Shown in pieces: positions 24,763-38,205 of a stretch of DNA of 64,000 bases. The stretch is from assembly GCA_010405405.1 (NCBI GenBank), contig MU004232.1, positions 1,259,481 through 1,323,480 on the forward strand, in the 5' to 3' direction. Both the position numbers and the translations under genes were made by a program. This DNA is from Microthyrium microscopicum. Lineage: Eukaryota. The notes beneath the pieces are model-generated. The model was not told the DNA's origin. It saw nothing but the letters and a program-made list of their open reading frames with translations, and did not search any database. The first letter of the stretch is position 1. Every line of letters starts with the position of its first letter.

Positions 24763-25101
24763 TGCTGCCAGTACGAGACATTTGTGTCACCGACCATCTC
24801 CTCTAGTCCTTGTATAATCGCCTGCCGTGGCACCAGCAAAAATCGATACTGTGAAACTGCTGACTCGAGTTCTGTGGGAGGCTGGAAAGGAGAAAAGTGA
24901 CGTTGAAATTGAGTTGCCACTAAATTCGCTGATTGGCTAGGCTCGCGTGGCGTCGCCAACCTGAACCGCGACTTTTTGGTTCCGACTCTTCCATCAACAT
25001 CAATTCGGCTGATAATCTCCTGGCGTCATGAAAGCGGTCGCTTATTGAGATAGTAGCGCGATTCAAATGCTGATAGCTGTCTGTTGTGGCTGTGGGGGAT
25101 A

Positions 25102-26403
25102 ATGCGCTTCAAGGCTAACATCCAGAACATCATCACCTTCACTCGTATGTGTCATCCGCAACATATATGGACTACTCTATATTGACCTGCCTATTAGGAT
25201 TCACTGCATCGCTATCTTCTCTCGGTCCTTTTGCGTGGGTGCGATTGGACGAAAATGACATTCGCTTCACGGTGATACCTGAGCAAGGGACTCAAGTGTG
25301 GTCGTAAGTCGCACCACAAACATTTGAAGAACCTAGTTGACAATTTAGTGTGCTTCAAATTGTATGATGTTGCAGAGTGTAGATTCTGATTGTTTCTCTG
25401 ACTATGTACTAGGACTCGGTCTTTGAGTCTTATCTCATCGAATCAGCCGCCGATAATGTCATCAATCTGGAAGTACCTCTGCAAGGACTCCATCGAGCTC
25501 TCAAATCAGCCGTGAACGCCACAGCAGCATCAATCCGTCTTACCAAAAGAGATGGTCTGCCTATGCTATGCCTCACTATCAATACCACCTCTGTCGGTAA
25601 CATTGCCATGCAAACAGCTGATGATTCGTTTGCCGCTATGATGGACACTGAAGATGGCGAGCGAGGCATGAACATTGACTTTACCAACAACGCGCGAGAG
25701 CGAGAGACCATCATTACTCAAGATATTCCAATTAGGGTGCTTAGTTCGAACAGCGTAGATGGGCTGCATGAGCCTAGAACTCGTGAGCCCGATGTCAACA
25801 TTGAACTTCCATCTCTCATGCAGCTCAAAGCTATCTCGGATCGCTTTACAAGACTTGCTCTTGTCTCGAAAGCATCTGCGTCATCGGTCTCAGGAGCCAC
25901 TTCAGTCGGTCCACGTTTAGAACTTTCAGCAAATATGCATGGCTGTCTACGAATCCGTATTGATACGGATGCAATGAATATCAACAGTACTTGGACTGGC
26001 CTTACAAATCCACGACTAGATCCCTCCGCTATCGAAGGCGGCGAAGCAGCTCTACAAAACCATCCAACTGAGATTATGCGACAACAAGGTGATGCGAAAG
26101 GCGACAGCGAAGAAGGCTGGGCTAAAGTATTCATTGATGGCAGAGACTGGAGCAAAGTCATGTCCGTTGGACGAGTTGGTGGCCGAGTTATCGCATGCAA
26201 GTATTCAGGATTCATGCTTGATGTCTTGTCACTAATTGACCAGGTTTCTGTAATGACCACGCTTTGATTCTTTATGTGTACATGAACACGGGTAACGATG
26301 ATGGATCCGACCGCTCTGTCTTGACTGTAAGTGCCCCCCTTTGTGTTATCCAAATGCTCGTGCTTATAGGTGCTAGTATTACATTAGTTCCTATAGTAAT
26401 TAA
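25102..26403 (+). CDS. HUS1: 9-1-1 checkpoint clamp subunit Hus1; 6 exons including a 13-nt microexon (25349-25361) and a GC-AG intron (26197-26243)
   Basis: MRFKANI, FTVIPEQGTQVWS, NVINLEVPL..LHRALKSA, IRLTKR, ITQDIPIRVL, LELSANMHG and CFCNDHALILYVY...LTYYISS motifs. Confidence 0.92.
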
Positions 26404-27219
26404 ATGTCGAATTAAATCATAGAGATCGTACAGACTGATTGGTCGGTGAGAAGGGGAATGCCCTTGAGCCGTTTAGCTTTATACAGTATGCACTGGGCAG
26501 TTCGCAACGACGAACCAGATGGCCACCGCTATTAAGCATGTTCGCCTGCCGTGATAGATAGCCCTTGCTTTGCTACACCTTTGATTTCATTGGAGGCACA
26601 AAATAAATGGCCCTCCTCCATCCGCAGTGATGGCTAGCACCGCTGTTTATACCAAGAGTGTATTCATTCTGCCATGCTGAGCAATGGCTTGATCTTCTGT
26701 CTCCACGCTTGAAGGAAAATATTAAAAACTCTTCCAGAAATGGAAGCGAGCCAGCGAGATCTGTGACACAGAGTGGTTTAAGACTCAAAAGTCAAGGGTT
26801 ATGAGGCTGGAGGGATTGAGGCTCTAAGCCAAGGTGGGTTTAGCGTAGAGACACCATATTCGTGTCTGCTCAGTGCTCATCGTGGCCAGCTGCAGCCATC
26901 AACGTCTTCCAAAAGATCATTATTCTCCGCCTTTTCCTCCGCTCCCTCTGCCTAACCATTACCCATCCCATCTTGCCCAGCATTGCATCTCGTTTCTGTC
27001 TGTCTGCTCTCATGCTGTCCTTTCACCCTTCCCAGTCCTTTGTCGAATCGCCCTCCACTCCTTAAACGCCTCCTGAAAGTCTAGATCCCTCCGGCGGTTG
27101 TTAACCTTTTTACTCTGGATTACAGCATCATCCTTCTCTCTCATTGAGCGTTTCTACATCCCACGGCCTACGGGCTTCTTCTTTCTCTCATTACATTAGC
27201 ACTTTATATTCCTCTAACC

Positions 27220-28872
27220 ATGACTATGGTTCGCCCTCGCCACCACAACCATGAGCTTCCAACCATACAGGACACCTGGGACTACAAGGCGAAAGCGTAA
27301 GATGAACAAATTTGGCATCCCGAGGTCTCGACACTAATCGGTTCTAGATACACACCCAAATCACAAATACCGCTTCGACGGAGACGTCAGCTTCTTATAC
27401 GGCTTGCGTTGATAGGTCTCATCTCGACGGCTTTTTTGATGCTTATTTTCCCATCCTTACGCACACCCATCCTCTCCATCCTATCATTAGGTCTTCTCTC
27501 TGGCTCCGAAGACTCCCAATTAGAAACTGTCAGATACTATGATCTCTCAAACGTACAAGGGACCGCAAGAGGGTGGGAGCGCGAAGAGAGGATACTACTT
27601 TGCGCGCCACTTCGAGATGCTTCGCCGCATCTGCCTATGTTTTTCTCTCATCTACGCAACCTCACCTACCCCCATAATCTCATCGATCTCGCCTTCCTCG
27701 TTGGCGATTCAAAAGATAATACGATATCGCTTCTTACACAACTCTTGAATGAGCTTCAAGCACACCCCGATCCAAAGCAACGATTTGGCGAACTGTCTAT
27801 AATGGAAAAGGACTTTGGGCAGAAAGTCAAGCAAGATGTGGAAAGTCGTCATGGCTTTGCGGCTCAGGCTGGCCGACGAAAGTCGATGGCGCAGGCAAGA
27901 AACTGGCTTTTAAGCGCGGCTCTTCGGCCATCACACAGCTGGGTATACTGGCGAGATGTGGATGTGGAGACGGCACCATCAACCATTTTGGAAGATTTGA
28001 TGCGGCATAATAAGGACGTCATAGTGCCGAGTATGTGCAGCCTAGCTTATGATCGAAAACTTACTAATCCTTTCTAGATGTATGGAGACCACTTCCCGAC
28101 TGGCTAGGCGGCGAACAGCCATACGACTTGAACTCATGGCAAGAATCAGAGACTGCACTGGCTCTTGCAGACACTCTTGACGAAGATGCCGTTATTGTGG
28201 AAGGTTACGCAGAGTATGCCACTTGGAGACCCCATCTTGCTTACCTCCGAGATCCATTTGGCGATCCCGATATGGAAATGGAACTGGACGGAGTAGGTGG
28301 AGTCAGTATTCTTGCAAAAGCCAAAGTGTTCCGGGCTGGAGTGCATTTCCCAGCTTTTAGTTTTGAGAAGCATGCAGAGACAGAAGGTTTTGGAAAGGTA
28401 ATACCTATACTGTTGCGATGTCTTCCAACACTAACATATACAGATGGCAAAACGCATGAAGTTTTCGGTTGTTGGACTCCCACATTATACGATTTGGCAT
28501 TTGTATGAGCCCAGTGTAGACGACTTGAAACACATGGAAGAAATGGAGAAGGAAAAGAAAGACAATGAAGCCAAAAAGAAGCTCGAGCAAGAAAAGATCG
28601 ACAAGATCAAGTCTCAGTTTGACAATCCAGCCCAAGAATGGGACAAGGAGAAGCAAGTACTAGCAGACCTTGCAAAAGCAGGCGGAAAGGCTGGCAAAGA
28701 GCCACAAAAACCGGTAGTCAAGCCAGAGGCTGCGGTTCCAAAGAAGGAGGAAGCTCAGTGAGTGCAACTTATTGATTGATAAAGGCCCTCTTTGCTAACG
28801 ATGCTCAGAGTATTGGCAGCCAAGAAACAGGCTGAAGCGAACAAACAACCAACAGTTCAAAAGCTAGCATAA
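27220..28872 (+). CDS. ANP1: Mannan polymerase subunit, Anp1/Van1/Mnn9 family (GT62); 5 exons
   Basis: Type II TM anchor; YYDL, ERILLCAPLRDA, LTYPHNLIDLAFLV, ARNWLL, WVYWRDVDV, YDLNSW, LDGVGG and ETEGFGK motifs; Anp1 versus Van1 assignment uncertain. Confidence 0.88.
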
Positions 28873-29699
28873 GAACGACGTGCATGGAATGATCATTATA
28901 GCGATTGGCGCGAATCTGCCTCTCATAAAAGAAGCACTAGATTCAGGCATTGAGGCATATATATATGCGTGTGTAATATATATTTGGAAACGACATAAAA
29001 GGGTAACTACGGCTTGCTACAGGACTGGCGTTTGGGAGCGATCTATATGATATTGCCATTTTGGAGCCCAGAACCTTTGTACTGCTTCTGCGGATGGGCA
29101 AATGTATAAGCTTAAAGTACTCTAGACATTGAGGCAGATCTGCAATATCTCAGATGTTTTGGATTGTAGTATGTGTCCTGAAAATTGCGTGACAATTGTA
29201 CAGTCTTGCTGCCTGAATACGCAAATGACAGATTCACTGCTGACCTTGTTTACGCATTCGTAAGTGTCCTGTAAAGTGACGTTGGAACAATAACAAGATC
29301 CGCAAGTATGGTGAAGGTCAAGTGTTCTTAGGATAACTCGGACTGCATACTGATGTTGATTGGCTGGCGGGGATCAGGGATCGCTAATTCTAAAGACGTG
29401 GAAGGAAACCTCCGGCCATGCATCTGTCTTTCATCAATTAATACATCTCTTGTTCTGCCCAAATCTTCTTCCCTCCCCTATACTTAAATCTCACCATGTC
29501 GTGGTCCATAAAAGAGATTGAGCTCATTGGTTCTGCCTAGATCCATTCTCCGAACCGCCATCTCATCATCTTCTCACCATACCACCAGAACTAATAGAAA
29601 ACGCCGCACCCATCGACTCACGCGGCGAGACTTACAATAACAACCCACATCTATACGCTCAATCTCCGAGCTCAATAACCCGTCCTCGAGTTTTCCAAC

Positions 29700-32600
29700 A
29701 TGACGTCCATCCCGTCCCTTCCCCTCCATCTACGGGCCTCCTCGCCTGCCCCCTCGTCTACGCAGCCGCTCACTCGCCCCAACACCATTAGCATCGCCGT
29801 TGACCCAGTCGCCCTCGTCATTACAGAATGCATTACCGTTTCCTCTGCCATGCGCAAGCATGCGCGCTGGGCTCACTCTTCCATGGCCGCTATCCTTGGC
29901 GGAGGCAGCAAGCTGGCGTCCTCGATCGACACAGCAGGTCGGCGGCCCGGACAACAGACTGATGGGAGTGAGCGCGAGGACGAAGGCAGTTTGGGTGGAA
30001 GATGGGGACTGAGGGGCAAGAAGGGAAAGAGTTTGCAGGATAATCCGCTGATGAGCGCATTTACGAAGCTTAGGAGCGATCTGAAGGGTTGTCGAGGTGA
30101 GTTCATTTGACGCAAGAGCAGTTTGAATGGACGGGAGAAGTGCTGACAGGAAGGCAGATATCAAGGAATTTGACACGCCAGCGCTGCTGCACCCGTTTTT
30201 GCAGGTCATTCGGTCGAGTTCGACATCCGCATCCATCACGTCGCTTGCGTTGATCGCTATCACGAAGTTCCTCTCTTATAATGTTGTGTCGAAGGAGTCG
30301 CCGAGACTGCCTGAAGCGATGCAGCTACTGTCCTTGGCGATTACCCATTGTCGGTTCGAAGCGAGTAATACACCTGCGGACGAGGTGGTGTACATCCGGA
30401 TTCTGAAGCTTATGGAGGGCATGATCTCAGGACCAGGGGGCGACTTGCTCAGCGATGAGAGTGTCTGCCATATCATGGAGACTGGACTCGGGCTATGCTG
30501 TGAAGCAAGATTCACCCAAATTCTACAGCGATCGGCGGAGATTACCATGGTGTCTATGTGCCAGGTCGTTTTCGAGCGATTAAAACATCTTGAGTTCGAG
30601 GCTGGTGACGAACCTGGGGCACTAGAAGAAGATACTAAGCATGATATGGATGCTGTAAAGATGGAGCCAGCTGTTAATGGCACTGCGGTGGAAGACATGG
30701 GCGACGACTCATCCTCAACATTAGACATGGATACGCCGAAAACATCGAAAGAAGAGCCCCATGACGAATCGCGAGGGGATGGGAAACAGGAGAAAGTCGA
30801 CACAGCAATGGATGCAAATACCGAAGCAGACGCAGAAAATACGACGAATGAAAAAGCGCCACTGCTCTCTAATGACGAGCAGCCCGCAGAGACCGAGGAG
30901 CTTTCTGATACCCCGGTGGATCTAGGACAAGTGGAAGTTGCCAGTGAGCCTCCACAGATTAAACCATATTCCCTACCCTCGATCAAGGAACTCTTTCGAA
31001 GCTTGGTTGAGCTCTTAGACCCTCATGACACTAATTACACCGACACTATGAGAGTTATGGCTCTTCGAATCGTTGACGTGGCATTGGAAGTTGCGGGTCC
31101 TTCCATCGCAAATCACCCCAGTCTGGCTAGTCTTGCCCAAGACACACTATGTAGACATCTATTTCAGTTGGTGAGGTCCGACAACATGGCTATTCTAAAC
31201 GAGTCGCTGCGTGTAGCTGGCACTCTAATCACCACTTGTAGAAGTGTACTGAAACTTCAACAAGAGCTATTCCTGTCATATCTGGTGGCCTGCCTGTTCC
31301 CCAAAACGGACATTCCTTTGGAGGCTGGAATTGACCCCCGGTTATATGAAGGAGTACCACAATCACCCAGCTTGGTCAAGCCAGCTCCATCTCAACAGCC
31401 AGGCAGTGGGCGAGCCACTCCAGTTCCAGTGAGAGATCGGCAACGCCTAGGCATGGAAGGTGGAGCTCGCAAGCCAGACGCCCGGGAAGCCATGATAGAG
31501 AGCATTGGTGCACTAATCCGTGTACCTTCTTTTATGACTGAGCTTTTTGTAAACTACGACTGCGATATTGATCGAATGGCTCTCTGCGCCGACATGGTTA
31601 GCCTCATGTCAAGAAATGCGTTCCCGGACTCTGCAATCTGGAGCACTACCAACGTCCCACCCCTCTGCCTCGATGCTCTACTCGGATACGTCCAATCCAT
31701 ATGGGATCGCATGGATGATGAGCCACGAACCGAAGATCTTCCATCTCAACAGGAACTCAGGCGGCGAAGAGCTTTGAAAGAAGTCATAATACAAGGCTCC
31801 TCCAAGTTTAATGCAAATCCAAAAGGAGGCCTAGCGTATTTAGCGACTCAAGGCGTAATTACCAATGTAGAGAATCCTGCAGAGATAGCACGTTTTCTTA
31901 AAGCAACATCAAGGCTGGACAAGAAGGTTCTGGGCGATTTTATTTCCAAATCTGCCAATGAGAAGATTCTCAAAGCCTTTATCGAAGAGTTCAACTTTCG
32001 AGGGCTTCGAATCGACGAAGCACTTCGGCAGCTTCTATACACCTTCCGTCTGCCAGGAGAATCGCAGCTAATTGAACGCATCGTTACCGTGTTCTGTGAG
32101 AAGTATGAAAGCGACGGAAACGAGGATGACATCGCAAGTACCGATGCTATGTTCGTCCTAACATACGCCATTATCATGCTCAACACAGATCAACATAACC
32201 CAAATCTCAAATCCTCGAAGCGTATGGTGATAGAGGACTTTGCCAGAAATCTACGTGGTGTAAATGATGGCAAGAACTTTGATCTGGAATATCTTCAAAC
32301 CATCTTCAACGATATCAAAGCCAATGAAATCATCCTTCCAGAGGAGCACCAGAACAAGCACGCGTACGACCATGCCTGGAAAGAGCTTTTGGTTAAAATT
32401 AAGGACACTTCCAATTTAATTATATGCGACACGAACATATTTGACGGCGATATGTTTGCTGCAACTTGGAAACCCATAGTAGCAACGTTATCATACGTAT
32501 TTATGTCCGCCTCTGACGATGTCGTTTTCTCGCGTGTCATAACTGGATTCGATCAGTGTGCACAGATTGCAGCCAAATACCAGCTCACTGAAGTACTCGA

Positions 32601-34695
32601 TCATATCATATTCTGTCTCAGCAAAATCAGCACTCTTGCTGCTGGCACAACACCGGATACGTCTCTCAATACCGAAGTCACCGCCAATGATAAGAGTGTT
32701 ATGGTCTCGGAAATGGCTGTCAAATTCGGGAGAGACGACCGAGCCCAACTTGCAACGATTGTCCTGTTTAAGGTCCTCCTTGGCAGCGAGTCAGCTGTAA
32801 AACAGGGTTGGGACCATATCATCCGCATCATGCTTGGGCTTTTTGTCAATTCCTTGATACCGGCATCTTTCTCTTCAATTAAGAACAGTGTGGCTCTTGG
32901 ACCCATTCCATTACAGCCTCCTGTCCAAGTCATTGATCGTGAACAACGACAAAATGAAGGTGGTCTCTTCTCGGCTTTGAGCTCTTATGTGTCCAGCTTT
33001 GCAAACGATGAGCCACCGGAGCCTTCAGAGCAAGAGATTGACTATACACTTTGCTCTATCGATTGCATCAAAACCTGTGATTTCGAGGAACTACTCAACC
33101 GAATTAGCAAATTACCACCAAAACCTCTCAGACGCGTCGTAAAGTCCTTACTCAGCCACATCCCAGAAGATTCTTCGCCTTTGATTGTCAAATCCGAGCA
33201 ACCCTCACATGGCTCTAGGCCTAACACGCTGTACGATCCATCTTTGGTCTTCATCCTTGAGTTGGCCACAATTTTGGCAACCAGAGACAGTGAAACCGTG
33301 GAGCTTCTCGGAAAAGATGTTGCCACTGCTCTACAATCTGTCATACAACACCACTCCATGTACCATTATGTTGTCATTTCTCGCTCAGCATACTATCTGC
33401 TCACCCTTTTACGAATGAGCGATCAGTATGATTTTGTACGCGTACCCGTTGTCCTCCATCTGTTCTCACTATTCCATGACGACGCACTCCAACGGTCTGC
33501 CGTCCCTGTACTTCAAGGCATCCTTGACTGCATGAAAGGATCCTCATCAAGTCTCCGCTCTGAAATGGCCACATCCCCTGATTTTTGGTCAATCCTCCAC
33601 AAACTTCACTCCGTCCCTGAAGCCTCTCCCTACGTCTTCCGCATCATCGAAGGTCTCTCCGCCCCCCCACAGACCAGCATCACTGTCGACAATTACAACT
33701 CCGCCATCGACCTCCTCAACGACTTTGCAACACTCGGTTCGGTTGGCTCCAATGACGAAGCCCGTCGCGACCACGCGCTCCGCCGTGGCAAAGGCGCTAA
33801 ACTCCCCAAACCAAAGCACCGCGATGAAGTTGTACGCGCCACCCGAGCTGTCGCCCTAATATTCCAGCTCACCGCCCGCGTGCCAGCTTTCATCACGCAA
33901 AGCCACCTAGAGCCCACTAAAGCCTGGACGACATACTGGTCGCCCGTCTTCCGAAACCTCACAATGCAATGTCTGAATCCATGTCGTGAAATTCGCCACC
34001 AAGCACTCTCGTTGCTACTACGCAGTCTTTTGAGCAACGATCTGGCGAGCACTGAACACAAAGAATGGACGAAGATATTCACTGAAGTGCTCTTTCCGCT
34101 GATCACGCAGCTCCTTAAACCAGAAGTCTATCAAAGTGACCCTGTCGGCATGGGTGAGACGCGCGTGCAAGCCGCTACTGGCCTATGCAAGATCTTTTTA
34201 CACTATCTAGTAGCGTTAGCTGGCTGGGAGGGCATGATGGCGCTGTGGGTGCAGATTTTGGGCATTATGGAGCGTCTGATGAGCAGTGGTGTTGGCGATA
34301 ACCTGGTATGTTGCTTTAACTCCTTCTTACCTCCTACCCGTCCAACCAAACTTTTCTTCAACTTCCCTACAAATACTAATATCTTGCCATAGGAAGAAGC
34401 AGTTCCAGAATCCATCAAAAATATCCTCCTCGTCATGGCCGATAGCGGATACCTAGCTCCTCCCGACGAGAAGCCTGAGCAGCGTGCGCTCTGGGAGCAG
34501 ACATGGCGACATCTTGATCGCTTCCTGCCGAATATGCGACCGGAGCTATTCCCCGAGACGACGGCGAAAGGGAGAGAGAAGGCACAGGCGCCGCCGCCAA
34601 AAAGTCCAAAAGAGCAGAAAAGCCAGGAGTTGAAGAACGGTGCACAGAGTGGTGAGACTAGTGAGAAGCAGGAGGCAGTGGCGGAAGAGAAGTAG
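29700..34695 (+). CDS. GEA2: Large ARF guanine-nucleotide exchange factor Gea1/Gea2 (GBF1-type); introns 30097-30157 and 34306-34392
   Basis: DCB domain (LHPFLQVIRS, ITHCRFE), HUS box (LFVNYDCD), Sec7 catalytic motif FRLPGESQLIERI and YAIIMLNTDQHNP. Confidence 0.95.
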
Positions 34696-35348
34696 TTGGT
34701 GGACGAGGATAGATACCGTTGCTAGAATTTCATGTTTAATTTTGTCATTGCTCAAAGGTGGCTCTATCGCCTACGATGTGATGTGATCTGGTGGTATATG
34801 CTGGTGTTGTTTGTAAGTGGTTGACGGTTATGAGCTGGTTAGAAGCGACTGTTATCACTGCAAGTTCATATAAGCAGACGATGCTTTTTGGATGCATGCA
34901 TTCGTTACTTGCATAGTAGATATATGTGACAAGTCTGCGTCGTGTTCAAACAGTTGTGTTTATACACTTGGCCTTATTCTGTTTTCCTTCTCTTATCACG
35001 ACCGGGCTGTGATAAACAGCACCAACAATTTGTATCCTCTCATCTTAACCCACTAATTCCACTTCCAAGGATCAAGGAGTGACCCTCGCTATCTGAACAG
35101 GATAGACGGCACGCTCCATTAGGCGCGATGTGTACCATTGAATGCGTGGTGAAATAACCCATCCCATCCGAATAACTCGCGTATTTCACTCTCAAAAGAT
35201 AACTATGGATCTCTGCCTTTCCCTATAAAAAAAAAATACTTGCTTCCCCCATGTCTAGGTCTTTTGCGTAAGACCTTATAAACTGCTCTGTGATCAGATT
35301 AGCACCATAAAGAAATCTTTAAACTCAGTAGCACTCTAGTATAGCAAA

Positions 35349-36050
35349 ATGCATGGTCCAGGTGGTGAAGAGGCTCCTGTCGAAATACATGTGAGCTTTA
35401 CGCCTTCAACGACCGGTGGGGATGATGATGAAGGGGCTGCCGCGGCTGGCGGTCCTGCTGGGAATCCTGCTGTGAATCCTGATAGAGGGCCTGTTGGCGG
35501 TCCTGTTGGCGGTCCTGTTGGAGGCCAGATGAGAGGCCAGATGAGAGGCCAGATGAGAGGCCATATGAGAGGCCAGATGAGAGGTCAGATGAGAGGTCAG
35601 ATAAGAGGCCAGATGCGAGGCCAGATGGGAGGTCCTATGGATATGCAGATGGGAGGTCCTATGGGTAGGCAGATGGGAGGACCGATGGGTGGACCAGGTG
35701 GACAGATGGATCAAAGGGGTGGGCTCATGGGTGGCCAACAACAGATGGCAATGGGAACTGGTATAGGTATGGGTATGGACCCCCGATTCGGTATGGAATC
35801 TCGAAGGGTTATGGACCCTCGAATGGGTATAGACCCACGAATGCAAGGTCATCCAGGCATGGGAATGATGGGAATGGATCCACGCCAAATGCAAATGCAA
35901 ATGCAAGGCCCGAGTATGATGGGGATAGATCCACAAGTGATGCTAATGCAAGGCCAACCGGGAATGATGGGAATGGATCCTCGAGCTCGAGAAATGCACA
36001 TGCGGCGGATGGGAATAGATCCAAGAACCGGACGCCCCTTTAGGCATTAG
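35349..36050 (+). CDS. Low-complexity Gly/Met/Gln-rich repeat protein
   Basis: 233-aa ATG ORF with in-frame (GQMR)n, (GPVG)n and repeated [M/I]DPR motifs; several unit differences are synonymous (GGC/GGT, AGA/CGA); TATA-like elements upstream. Confidence 0.65.
   Translation: MHGPGGEEAPVEIHVSFTPSTTGGDDDEGAAAAGGPAGNPAVNPDRGPVGGPVGGPVGGQMRGQMRGQMRGHMRGQMRGQMRGQIRGQMRGQMGGPMDMQMGGPMGRQMGGPMGGPGGQMDQRGGLMGGQQQMAMGTGIGMGMDPRFGMESRRVMDPRMGIDPRMQGHPGMGMMGMDPRQMQMQMQGPSMMGIDPQVMLMQGQPGMMGMDPRAREMHMRRMGIDPRTGRPFRH
35487..35630 (+). repeat. Coding 12-bp tandem repeats: GGTCCTGTTGGC x3 then GGCCAGATGAGA x9
   Basis: Units read directly from the sequence. Confidence 0.9.
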
Positions 36051-36390
36051 ATAGTCTTTCGGTGGAAGTGTCATCCTGAACGATAGAGGAATAAAAGGCT
36101 CAAATGGAGATAATGAATTGATACTATTTCCTTCGTGTTGTAACGCCTTGCGCCTGCCCGCTATGGTATCAAATATGCTGGCTTTCAAATCTATATAGTG
36201 CGGCCGTACACCACTCCAAGTTGACAGGCCTTAGCTTAGTACAGAAGCTTACTCCTGTCCTTGAAATCATCCTACTACTTATCGTGTCATATGCGCTCTA
36301 CATGATCATATCAATGCTTGCCCGCCCGTGAACGGTTCAAGAGCACCTCATTTGGTCAAAGCCATTAGGTCTATATAAGATTTACAAGCT

Positions 36391-38205
36391 CTACGCAGCA
36401 GTTTCGCAAGCTTTTCTGAAGAATGCATTGCGTGAAACCTAACCAATTAGTTTCATAATCATTGATACAGGCTAGAGTTGAACTTACCATTCCTCTCATT
36501 CTCTTGCCGTAAAAGTAAACTGGAATGACAAAAGCAGCAACACACAGATTCACAACCAATAAGGTCTGATGCAAATGCAATGGTCCCTTGTGCTCGAGCC
36601 AGACTGGAATATATGACTGAGCGAGTAATATGAAAACATGTCGAATGAGGGCGACAGCAACGAAAGCCTCGGTACTGGCATTTTGCATGGTATCGAAGAT
36701 ATATGGAATTGTTCCAGATGAAGCAAATGGACCAGCCATGTGGAAACATAGACCTGCCACCACGATTTTCCAAACTGCAGCGTTGTTGTGATAGAGTGGG
36801 CCGAGAAGGGCAAAGCCAGCTGAAGTGCAGATTGTTGCTGGAATCAGCATGAAAAGTCGGAACTCTGGCTCATAGATGCCGGCATTGCGACGGGCACAAA
36901 ATTGAATGAGCCAATCCGATACCGTTCCTGCAAAGAGCGCAGTGACGAGATTGACAACACTTCCAGGAAGCGTGAGATACGATAGTACGTCTGGTTTCAC
37001 GTTATACGGTGGAAACAACAGAATTTGATGCTGGATGATGGTCGAAGAAATGATCCATGTGATGAAGGTTCCGTGTATGAATGTAGCAAATATTACAGTT
37101 GGAATAGTCATGACGCCGAACGGCTGTAAAAAGGACTTCTTCATGGATCGATGCGTAATGCGACCTCTGAAAAGCGCAATGTTCTGTCGGAAAGTGTGTT
37201 TTGGTTCAGTGGCGCTGTCGTTTACTATCCTTCCAGGCTTTCGTTGTGTGACAACTGGAGTAAGTTCGTAAACTTCGGTTTCTGTAACTTTGCCTTTTTT
37301 GCTGCTATCTTCCAAGAAACCATCGTCTCTCTTGCTGTCTCCCATTACGCTTGAGGAACTTGCGGTTGCAGAGTCTATCTCTTCAGGCTCAACCTTTTTG
37401 GGGCGCACAAAGGTTGTCTCTCGCATAAAGAGGAAATTGCAAGTACTGAGAATAGCGAAAACGCTGACTGAGACAATGTAGAGGTATTTCACCCCAAGCT
37501 TTGCAATAATGTTTCCCGAAATGATGTGACTTCAGGAGTTATTAGTATATAATACGACCATGTCATATAGAGTGCTCACCTTGCATCACTACCAACATCT
37601 CTGATCACTGCTGAAAGTGCCATGAATCTTCCTCTTTGATGTACAAAAATCAGATCGGTTGTAATTGGGGCGATGAGTAGTTCGACTGGAGCCATCCAAA
37701 TTCCGTTCAGAACAGAAAGAGCCCGGTAGTATGGTAATGAGTTGGCAAATATACCAGCAAACATGTCCGCCGTAATACCAAAAACACCGCAGACGATCAA
37801 AACTCTTTTACCGAACACGGCTGCAAGCGGCGCTGCGAGGAAGAGTGCTCCCATCGTTGAGGCTGTACCCGGTGCGGTGACATTCTGAATGACGACGGAA
37901 TATTTGACGTGGAACTTTTCTCCCAGAATACGGCCTGCCGTGCTCAACATGCCGAGAACACCACCTATCGCAACCATAGTGACTGCAATTGTGACAAAGA
38001 CCTGTATCTTGACCTTCATCGGCCAATTCAGTGGGTCGTTTGGCGAGTCGCATGGTTGCGGTTGAAGAACAACATGTCCTTGCTTCTTTAACTTTGCTGC
38101 TTCTGGAGCGTCCACATCAATATGATGAGATCCTAGCAGATCGTCCAGAAGCACAGTTCCAGGAGGCCTTGGAGTCCTGTGATCAGGTAGAATTCCCCAG
38201 CCCAT
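36391..38205 (-). CDS. MFS transporter (Hol1/DHA1-like); introns 37579-37530 and ~36488-36443
   Basis: PQPCDSPNDPLNWP, FGKRV, DLIFVHQRGRFMA, FLFMRET, GIYEPEFRL and YFYGKRMR motifs; multiple TM helices. Confidence 0.9.

Noticed and set aside
35406..35936. Antisense His-rich (SHLA)n ORF
   Set aside because: Mirror of the sense 12-bp repeat; the synonymous variation fits the + strand frame
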